From Malacoraja senta (lineage: Eukaryota), in NCBI GenBank assembly GCA_038087875.1, contig CM075994.1, forward strand, positions 8,744,001-8,808,000: a DNA stretch of 64,000 bases. Reading direction: 5' to 3'. The notes beneath the pieces are model-generated. The model saw only the letters and a list, made by a program, of their open reading frames with translations, ran no database searches and was not told where the DNA came from. The position numbers were made by a program, and so were the translations under genes. Below, piece by piece: positions 54,687 through 64,000 of the stretch. Position 1 is the stretch's first letter. Every line of letters begins with the position of its first letter.

Positions 54687-54819
54687 TTAAAACTCTCACG
54701 TCAGGAGGCATAGGTTCACAGACAGAGATAGGTCTCTCATGGACTATTGCAGGAGCATATAACAGTGACCACCCTCAATAGATAGAGCATTAAAACTCCA
54801 ACTTAATGCAGATGGATAA

Positions 54820-55221
54820 AGGGCCTGTCTCACTTACGCGGCCTTTACAGGCGACTGTCGGCACCCGTCATAGGTCGCCGAAATTTTCAACGTTGAAAAT
54901 TCAGCGGCGACCAGAAAGACGCTACGACTCTTTGGAGACCTCTCACGACCATAGGAGACCTCTCACGGTCATACAGGCTGTATGGTCTTGAGAGGTCACG
55001 CGCGACAGCTCGCCTGTATGGTTGTGAGGGGTCTCCTATGGTCGTGAGAGGTCACCAGGGGTGACATGTCGCCAGGGGTCGCCTGTATGGTCGTGAGAGG
55101 TCTCCAAAGAGTCGTAGCATCTTTCTGGTCACTGCTGAATTTTCAACACGTCGAAATTTTCGGCGACCAATCACGGATGCCAGCAGTCGCCTGTAAAGGT
55201 CGCATAAGTGGGACAGGCCCT
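54820..55221. mobile_element. PIF/Harbinger-type MITE, largely palindromic
   Basis: Same TIR extended to ~130-bp inverted arms; TAA TSD. Confidence 0.82.
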
Positions 55222-55727
55222 TAATACGGCAAGTCTTAGCCGAAGAGATGCACTAGGAACGGATCAGACAAGAGCTTAGCCAGCAAAGGGGAAGGGTGTA
55301 TAAAAGACCCTGATCTACTCTGGACATCTGAACGCAGAAAAATCGCCTAAGGTAGCCCAACCAGTTCAGGTCCTCAAGATACTGGGCTAGACAGTCTGAA
55401 CCTTTTTTTATTTAGTAAGTCAGAATCTCCCCCCCCCCCCCGGGATGAAAATATCAAATAATAGAGGGCACAACGTTAAGGTGAGGGGGGTAAAGTTTAA
55501 AAAGGTGATGCACCGGGCAAGTTTTTGCTTAACAACCACAGAGGCTGATGAATGGCCTGGTGGTGGTCGAGGCAGATATGATGGCGGCATTAAAAAGATT
55601 TTTGGATAGGCATATGGTTATGCAGGGAATGAAGGGATATTGATTACATTCAGGCAGATAAGAGTTCGCCTTGTCATCATGTTTGGCACAGACATTGCAG
55701 GCCGAAGGACCTGTTCTTGTGCTAGAC

Positions 55728-56538
55728 CAGCGTTTCTCAACCGGGGTTCTCCGAAACGCGAGGGTTCCACGAGAGGTCGCTACGGGTTTCGAGAGGAATA
55801 GTGATAAATTGGCTAATCCTTTGTAAATGCTTTTGAGTCATTTTTGTGTTTAATTTCATATTTGTAATTTTATTTCACATGTACGTCATATTTAGCGACA
55901 TCATATTCAGCGACGTCTATACGGCGCCAGTGTGAAACTGCCTTTAGTGGTCAGTGGAGAGGAGCTGTACGTGACGGATGTGTGTATCATCCAAGTGACT
56001 CACTCGAGTACAGACGCACGCACAGTCTCCATCAGTCCTGTCTGTGCTTCCTGCCTTGCAGGTACAGTCCCTCATTCACCCACATTATTTAGTAATATTT
56101 ACCCATCATTTAGGGATGCAATATGAATTTTTTAAATGTAAGTACGTTTATGTATATTTTTTGTTCGTGTATCAAAAGTTTATTTATGTATGTTTTTGTT
56201 AGTTTATGTAAAGTCTGTGTGTTGTTTTCTCTTTCTCTCTCTCTCTCTCTTCCACCAGTTCTTCTGTTTGCCTTTATTTGCTTCTGTTTTGAACAAGCAG
56301 TTTGATTTCAGTTATTTTTAATAACCTTCAATTATTAATAAACTTGTGGAAAAACATACGTTATTTTTTGCTCAAACCAGTTATCGGAAAAATATATTAT
56401 GTTTGCCTTATGAACTTTAAGTTTATGAAAGAGAACGAGATTAATAAAGATATATAATCATTTTTTTATGCAGCGGTTCCGAGACATGAAAATCACTTCA
56501 AGGGTTCCGCAAAGGCAAAAAGGTTAAGAAGCACGACT
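55728..56538. mobile_element. hAT-Charlie-like non-autonomous element (related fragment ~5156-5360)
   Basis: CAGCGTTTCTCAACC…GGTTAAGAAGCAC ends and GGGTTCC subterminal motifs. Confidence 0.6.
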
Positions 56539-57317
56539 GTTCTGTTCTGTTCTAAGACAAAGAACTGGAGAGCAGCTAAGTAAAAAAAAAAAAAAGACCA
56601 TCGCAGTGGCGCACTAAAGATTTCTCCATCTTGGGCACCACTCTTGCTCAAAGGGTGGAAAAAGTGGACATAACACGTCGCACCAAACAAAAAAACATTG
56701 AAAGGAAAAAGAAAAGGATTGAGGATGATGGATGACTGATGTCAGGGAAGATAACACAAAAGGGAGATGAGAATTGAGTCGGAAAGATGGAGGGACTTAT
56801 TTTGAAACTTTTACTTCACTTTGAAAGAAATCTTATCCATCAGCCGCTGTAAGATTAGCAGCACCGTCCTGGGGCTGTGCAGGTTCTGACCGGCTGAAGG
56901 GCAAGTCCAAAATCGCAGCCCCCACCATATTATCTCCTGTCGTCTTCAAAAGAAGCCTCTGCCACACACCTAGTGCTTTAACTTCAGGCTGCCTCACAGA
57001 TCAAGTGTCAGGTCTCTTACAAAGGTATACTGCCTCAAAAGAGACCGCAAAAAAAAACCCAGTGCACTCTGGTGGATTTCACGGGAAGATTGCCTCCCAG
57101 CGCTCATTCACAAAATTCTCAGGAATGTCCCTGAATGGGTTTTAAAACCTCAGCAGTTTCTTTCATGTTACCAGACTCTGGACACATCCCTCGCCTCCGG
57201 ATCAAAAGACGAAAGATTGTTTCAAAGCTGGTTTTAACTCAAAAAACCTGAAACACACCTTTGTGAAGCTTGAACTAAGTCAGTCTAGTGTCTTAACCTA
57301 CAGCTGGCCCTACAAAC

Positions 57318-57416
57318 CTGGTGTACGCTGGGGAAAGCCTGCCTGCAGATGCGGTATGGCCCTGGAGCAACCTGATGCTCGTGGGGCGAGACCATGCCTG
57401 ATCCTGTTCTTCGACC
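57318..57416 (-). CDS. PRRC2A: Candidate in-frame 99-nt cassette exon (GRRTGSGMVSPHEHQVAPGPYRICRQAFPSVHQ)
   Basis: tgtctttttag acceptor, CAG|GTTTGT donor, phase 0-0 fits the flanking exons, lies in ~1 kb of repeat-free sequence; no homology recognised with certainty. Confidence 0.5.
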
Positions 57417-57596
57417 CTAAAAAGACACATTAGTTACTGAGTTTTAATACGTTAGGATAGTTTGCTCCAACCTCGTGGTAGCCATTGGGGCGAGGGGAAG
57501 GAGAAAGATTTATAACGCCACGAGCTTCCTTCCTTCAACGCCAGAAATCATTAGCGCAAAAACAAAATAAGTAGCAAAGACTTGTCCCACCCCAGT

Positions 57597-58300
57597 CAAT
57601 AGACAATAGGTGCAGGAGTAGGCCATTCGGCCCTTCGAGCCAGCACCACCATTCATTGTGATCATGGCTGATCATCCACAATCAGTACCCCGTTGCTGCC
57701 TTCTCCCCATATCCCCTTGACTCCGCTTTCTTTAAGAGTTCTATCTAGCTCTCTCTTGAAAGCATCCAGAGAATTGGCCTCCACCGCCCTCTGAGGCAGA
57801 GAATTCCACAGACTCACAACTCTCTGTGTGAAAAAGTGTTTCCTCGTCTCCGTTCTAAATGGCTTACCCCTTATTCTTAAACTGTGGCCCCTGGTTCTGG
57901 ACTCCCCCAACATCGGGAACAGGTTTCCTGCCTCTAACGTGTCCAAACCCATAATAACCTGGTATGTTTCAATAAGATACCCTCTCATCCTTCTAAATTC
58001 CAGAGTGTACAAGCCCAGCCGCTCCATTCTATCAACATATGACAGTCCCGCCATCCCGAGAAATAACCTAGTGCACTCCCTCAATAGCAAGAATGTCCTT
58101 CCTCAGGTTTGGAGACCAAAACTGCACACAATACTCCAGGTGTGGTCTCACTAGGGCCCTATACAACTGCAGAAGGACCTCTTTGCTCCTATACTCAACT
58201 CCTCTTGTTATGAAGGCCAACATGCCATTCGCTTTCTTCACTGCCTGCTGTACCTGCATGCTTACTTTCATTGACTGATGAACAAGGACCCCCCAGATCC
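57597..58300 (-). mobile_element. CR1 LINE 3' fragment
   Basis: ORFs 57662-58090 and 58068-58271. Confidence 0.88.
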
Positions 58301-59275
58301 CGGGTAGTCATTCTACCTCCTCCCTGCTCCAGTCCGCCAGAAGGAACAGAACCTTGAAACTCAGGATTCAGCAACAACTTATTCCCCTCTTATTAGACTT
58401 TGAACTACGTTCCGCAAGCAAGAGTACAGTCCGATTCACCTCTACCCCACTATGTATTGGATGTTCTCTCTGGAACTCAAGTGCTACAGTTCTGAGAAAT
58501 ATATTCTGCACTCTGCATCGTCTCTCAGCTCTATCTACAACGCTTGAATTTGACGATTATATTTGTGCATGGTATATCTGATCTGTTTAGATAGTTTTGC
58601 GCAGCACCTCTGTACACGTAACAAGAATAAACCTAAAACGTGCACATTAAAACTCCCACAACACTTTCTGTGAACTTCCACCATCAATGACCTTGTTGCG
58701 AAAGGAACACTTTCATCTTTTGGCACACAGATCCAAATCAATAGACAATAGAAGGTAGACAAAAGTGCTGGAGAAACTCAGCGGGTGAGGCAGCATCTAT
58801 GGAGCGAAGGAAATAGGCAATGTTTCGGGCCGAAACCCTTCTTCAGACTATAGACACAGGAGTCGGCCATTCGAGCCAGCACCACCATTCAATGTGATCA
58901 CGGCTGATCATCCCCAATCAGTACCCCGTTCCTGCCTTCTCTCCATATCCCCTTGACTCCGCTATCTTTAAGAGCTCTATCTAGCTCGCTCTTGAAAGTA
59001 TCCAGAGAATTGGCCTCCACTGCCTTCTGAGGCAGAGAATTCCACAGACTCACAACTCTCTGGGTGAAAAAGTGTTTCCTCATCTCAGTTCCAAATGGCC
59101 TACACCTTATTCTTAAACTGTGGCCCCTGTTTCTGGACTCCCCCAACATTGGGAACATGTTTCCTGCCTCAAGCGTGTCCAATCCCTTAATCTTCTTCTT
59201 ACATATGGCGTGCACAGCCTAAAGTTGTAGGACAACTTGTTCTATTTGATCTTATTTGATTGTGCACGCCAGGTT

Positions 59276-59329
59276 GATTGCATTCGTCGAAACAGGGCGG
59301 ACCACGTGATGGTTGCAATCTCCCACCCC
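59276..59329 (-). ncRNA. Minimal HDV-like ribozyme fold at the 5' end of a short retroposon (59192-59329)
   Basis: P1 GGGGUGG/CCGCCCU, P2 GAUUGCA/UGCAAUC, P3 ACC/GGU, L3 AUCACGU, J4/2 CGAA; 12-bp TSD caatcccttaat. Confidence 0.75.
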
Positions 59330-62001
59330 CAATCCCTTAATAATCCCACAAGTTTCAATAAGATCCCCTCTTATCCTTCTAAATTCCAGTGTATACAAGC
59401 CCGGTCGCTCCATTCTTTCAACATATGACAGTCCCGCCATCCCGGGAATTAACCTGGTGAACCTACGCTGCGCTCCCTCAATAGCAAGAATGTCCTTCCT
59501 CAGATTTGGAGACACAATACTCCAGGTGTGGTCTCAATAGGGCCCTGTGCAACTGCAGAAGGACTTCTTTGCTCCTATACTCCTCAAAACATGACAGTAT
59601 CGACTCCTCTTACAACACTCCCAGCCCAGGTAAGCCAACAATGACGGTTGCTACACACCTAGAGATACCCAGGCCAGATGTAACACAGAAACCGAAACTT
59701 TAGACCCAGATGCTGTTTAGAGATATTTACTTGCATCTGCCAAGCCATCAGTGGTTTGGTTTCCTTCCACATTCGGAGGAGTTGATTAATTTCTGTGGAT
59801 TACATTACATTCTGTGGATGGTAAATGGCAGAGGGAGTCAGTGGGGGAAAATAGAATTTAGATACAAAGTGCTGGAGTAACACAGGTCAGGCAGCATCTC
59901 TGGAGAACATGGATAGGTGACGTTTCGGGTCGGTCGTGTATCCGATGGGCTGAATGGCCTGACGTGTCATTGCAAATACTGGATAGAAGCGGCAAATTAT
60001 ACCACAAGCTTTCATTCCCCATTGTTAAATTGCCAAATAATTATTTTAATTCGAAGCAAGGTCAGGTTGGGATTTATAGCCAGCTAGGAAGTGGCCACGA
60101 GTGACTTTCCATAACATGGAAGAGCCAAGCAGTCAACTTTGGACTTGGATGAGATCCGGAATGGCCCTGGGTTTGCGTCAGTTTAGTTTTATACCTCGGC
60201 AGTTTTTAGCAAACGAGGAATATAAACTTGACAGCCTGTGGTTTTCAAATTTGCTCGTCCTATGCATCATTTCACCAGGCAGATATCAACGTGGTCACCT
60301 GGTACTACATCAGCCCACTCATCACATCCAGCACAGAAAACCAGCTTGGTAAAGGGTCTGAAGGTAGGCACAAAATGCTGGACCTTAGGTTAAGCAGGCT
60401 GGAGCACTGGAGGATGAGGGGAGATCCTATATAGGTGTACAAGACCATGAGAGGAATAGATCGGGTAGACCCACAGAGTCCCTTGCCCAAAGTAGGGGAA
60501 TAGAGAACCAGAGGACATAGGTTCAAGGTGAAGGGAGAGGAGAGATTTAATAGGAACCTGAGGAGTAACCTTTTCACACAGAGGGTGGTGGGTGTATGGA
60601 ACAAGCTGCCAGAGGAGGTAGTTGAGGCTGGGTCTATCCCAACGTTTGAGAAACATTTAGACAGTACACAGATAGGACAGGTTGAGTGATATGGACCAAA
60701 CGCAGGCAGGTGGGCCTAGTGTATGGTCGACATGGGCAGGTTAGGACCTTCATTGGTCCCTGTTCTATGCTGTAAGATTCTATAACTCAACGGGTCGGGC
60801 AGCATCTCTGAGCAAAATGGATAGGTGATGATTTGGGTTGCAACCCTTCTTCAGACCGAAAGACAAAGGTGGCAAAGAGAGACAATAGCCATTAAACAAT
60901 AGGTGCAGGAGTAGGCCATTCGGCCCTTAGAGCCAGCACCGCCATTCATTGTGATCATGTCTGATCATCCACAATCAGTACCCCGTTCCTGCCTTCTCCC
61001 CATATCCCCTGACTCCGCTGTCTTTAAGAGCCCTATCTAGCCCTCTCTTGAAAGTATCCAGAGAACCGGCCTCCACCGCCCTCTGAGGCAGAGAATTCCA
61101 CAGACTCACAACTAAATGGTTTACCCCTTATTCATAAACTGTGTGGCCCCTGGTTCTGGACTTCCCCAACATCAGGAACATGTTTCCTGCCTCTAGCGTG
61201 TCCAAACCCTTAATAATCTTATGCGTTTCAATAAGATCCCCACTCAACCTTCTAAACTCCAGAGAGTACAAGCCCAGCCGCTCCATTCTCTCAGCGTACG
61301 ACAGTCCCTCCATCCCGGGAATTCTTTTGCAAAGACAACTCTTGGGAAAGTCATCAGGAAAGTGATTCACAAAGTGGCAGGCAACCAATTCGCCAACAAA
61401 TAGTACATAGATAAAAGTTAGTTTGAGGTTTACAAGATACTTACCATGCCCCTAAAAGACTCCCTTCCTCCCGCTCCCCCCCCCCCCCCTCCCCCACCAC
61501 ACTCACAGCTGCAGCTATAGAGCACCCTTCATTATTTTACCAGTTGCAACACTCCCTTACCAAGTATGCAGTGCCTGGATACTTGCCAGTAGTAATTCCA
61601 TCCACAGACTATGCCACAGGAAAGATTTGTCATAAACACCCTCACATCTTACTAAACATCTACCACAAGAATCCTAACGTCCCAACTTAATTCCAATATG
61701 CCCATATGACAAGAGGAAAAAAAAAAGATAGCTTTAAAACACATCGGCAACATCAAAGTTTATCCCTACGGCAATGCACATTTACTGTGGTCCCACTGAT
61801 TAAATCAGCCTCACGCAAACCCCTTGTAACTGATGAGCGCACTGGTTTCATGGCTCAGGTTACAATTCGCACACCAGGGTTAGGAACACACACACACACA
61901 CCCCCGAGCTGCGGGGAGAGTTTGAGCAGGCTGGGACTCTATTCCTTGAAGCGCAGGAGGATGAGGGGGTGATCTTATAGAGGTGTGTAAAATCACAAGA
62001 G

Positions 62002-62877
62002 CAGAGCTGCCAAGTTTTGTCAGAGCATTTCAGTTTTCTAGTACCTGAATATCAGTATTTTGCTGAGGAAATCAGTATTTTTACATGGTGCCATTTTGCT
62101 GAAAAAAATGTGTTTTTTTTAATGTGCGGTCATACCCATGTAAGAGTACAAGGATGCATAACTGTGCTACCAATTGACGTGTCTTCTACGCACCTTACTT
62201 GACAGTGCATTCATTGCCATCTCTTTGTATACTGCTGTTTGAACGGCTGCTTCCTGCTTTTAGCACCAGATGATGTAGAAGCCATTTTGGAAGCCACCCT
62301 TTCCCTCCTTCCTCTCTTGCCCTCCCTCCCTCCCACCCTCCCTCCTTTTTTCTCTCCCTCCCTCTCTTACTCCCTCCCTCCCTCTCCGTCTCCTTCTCCC
62401 CCCCCCTCCCTCCTTCCCTCCCCAAACAGTCTGTGACCCATAGCGCTGTGGCCATAGCGCTTTGTGTAAAGCCCATAGCGCTATGTTTAGAGCCCATAGC
62501 GCTATGTTTAGAGCCCATAGCGCTCCAGCTGGTAGCGCTATATTTAGAACCCATAGAGCTGTTGCCGACAGCTCTTTGTTTAAATTCCCACGCGCTAAAC
62601 TGACAGCGCTGTTTAAACCTGGAGCGGGACAGGCAGATTAAAGCTTTAAAAAATAATCATCTAGATCTTGAAATTTAAAATACTGATAGATTAAAATGCT
62701 ATAATTTTTAGTTACAGTATGACTTTATATATCCTTGCATTTTTTAAGCAGCAAGATGAAACAGGAAGTCAGGCCGATTAAAAAAAAATCCGTATTTAAC
62801 AAAGCAAATCCGTACATCCGTATTCTGATCGCATTTCCAGACAAAATAAGGAAAATCCATACTACTTGGCAGCTCTG
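62002..62877. mobile_element. Non-autonomous DNA transposon, TIR CAGAGCTGCCAAGT (related copies 25724-26708 and ~38992-39972)
   Basis: Interrupts a CR1; TSD caagag; internal ~21-bp cccatagcgct repeats. Confidence 0.75.
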
Positions 62878-63247
62878 CAAGAGGAATAGATCGGGTAAAC
62901 GCACAGATTCTCTTGCCCAGAGAAGGGGAATCTAGAAGTAGAGGACATAGGTGAGGGGGGAAGGATTTCCTGAGACAACTTTTTTTTTTTACACAAAAGG
63001 TGGTGGGGTGGATGGAACGAGCCGCTGGAGGAGGTAGTTGAGGCTGGGACTATCGCAGCAATGTTTAGGAAACATTTACAGGTACATGGACAGGACGTAT
63101 TTCGAGGGATATGGGATGAGTTCAGGCAGGTGGGACAGGTGTAGATGGGGGACGTGTTAGTTGTTGTGGGCAGGTTGGGCCAAAGGGCCTGTTTCCATGC
63201 CGTATGATTCTACGACACACACACACTGTTAATTCTCTGGTCCGTAC

Positions 63248-63428
63248 CTGGTATTCTGCAGCAGGCCCCCAGTTGGCGGGGACTCGGCCTGGCCCGAGCT
63301 CGGTCGCGGCAGGGGCTGGACCCTCACCCCGAGCTGCCTTGACATTCGAGTGCTCATCCGAGGGGGTCTCCTTCCTGTGCTCAGAGTTGCGCAGCTCTTG
63401 CCGTTCAGGCCGACTCAACTGGCCGCTC
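63248..63428 (-). CDS. PRRC2A: PRRC2A coding exon (…SGQLSRPERQ…GRVPANWGPAAEYQ)
   Basis: AG acceptor (gtgaag) and GTACGG donor; 181 nt, phase 2 to 0; ANWGPAAEY resembles mammalian PRRC2A GNWGPPGDY. Confidence 0.75.
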
Positions 63429-63687
63429 CTTCACAGAACAAGATGATCATTTTCAGCATCCGCCCCCGACAATGTTATACCTACGCACCATAACGGCAGT
63501 GCCACATAAGCTTTTCAAAATCGGACGCCACACAACACCAGAAAAAGATAGTAGACAAAAATGCTGGAGAAACTCAGCGGGTGAGGCAGCAGCATCTATG
63601 GAGCGAAGGAAATAGGCAACGTTTTGGGTCGAAACCGAAGTTTCAGTTTCGACCCGAAACGTTGCCAATTTCCTTTGCTCCATAGAT

Positions 63688-63741
63688 GGGGTGGAAGATT
63701 GCAACCTTCACGTGTTCCGCCCTGTTTCGACTAATGCAATC
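63688..63741 (+). ncRNA. Minimal HDV-like ribozyme fold, second copy (element 63688-63828)
   Basis: Same fold with L3 UUCACGU, one P3 mismatch, J4/2 CUAA; (GAA)n tail; TSD gctccaYagat. Confidence 0.72.
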
Positions 63742-64000
63742 AACTCGACGTGCACAAACGGAAGATCAAATAGAACAAGTTGTCCAACAACTTTAGGCTG
63801 TGCACGCCACACGAAAGAAGAAGAAGAAGCTCCACAGATGCTGCCTCACCCACTGAGTTTCTCCAGCATATTTGTCTACCTTCGATTTTTCCATCCTCTG
63901 CAGTTCCTTCTTAACCAGAAAAAGATGCGCTGGAAACAATGATGCTATATTGCTGGAATATAAATGTTGAGAGAAGCGATTTGTACTGACAGCCTGACCA

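Noticed and set aside
62437..62560. Regularly spaced ~21-bp repeats resembling a CRISPR array
   Set aside because: No unique spacers, inside a DNA transposon, eukaryotic context

Overview
Vertebrate genomic DNA; the repeat families (HE1/V-SINE, HER1/CR1, Penelope) suggest a cartilaginous fish, probably a skate or ray (inference). The window is the interior of one minus-strand gene, PRRC2A (BAT2). Nine distinct coding exons splice in frame, including a 2,310-bp central exon, a Q23-H-Q8 polyQ exon and a GC-AG intron, and there is one further candidate cassette exon. Introns are dense in CR1, L2, Rex/Babar, RTE, Penelope, SINE, hAT, Harbinger and Helitron sequences. About 13.1 kb is duplicated on both sides of a 200-N gap, most likely an assembly false duplication. 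Most unusual signals: (1) an inverted, intron-flanked copy of an upstream PRRC2A exon inside a Penelope-terminus cassette bounded by a 16-bp direct repeat; (2) a ~140-bp SINE-like family whose 5' end is a minimal HDV/CPEB3-type ribozyme fold; (3) many minimal hammerhead motifs in Penelope termini. Protein comparisons come from recalled family sequences, not from a search.
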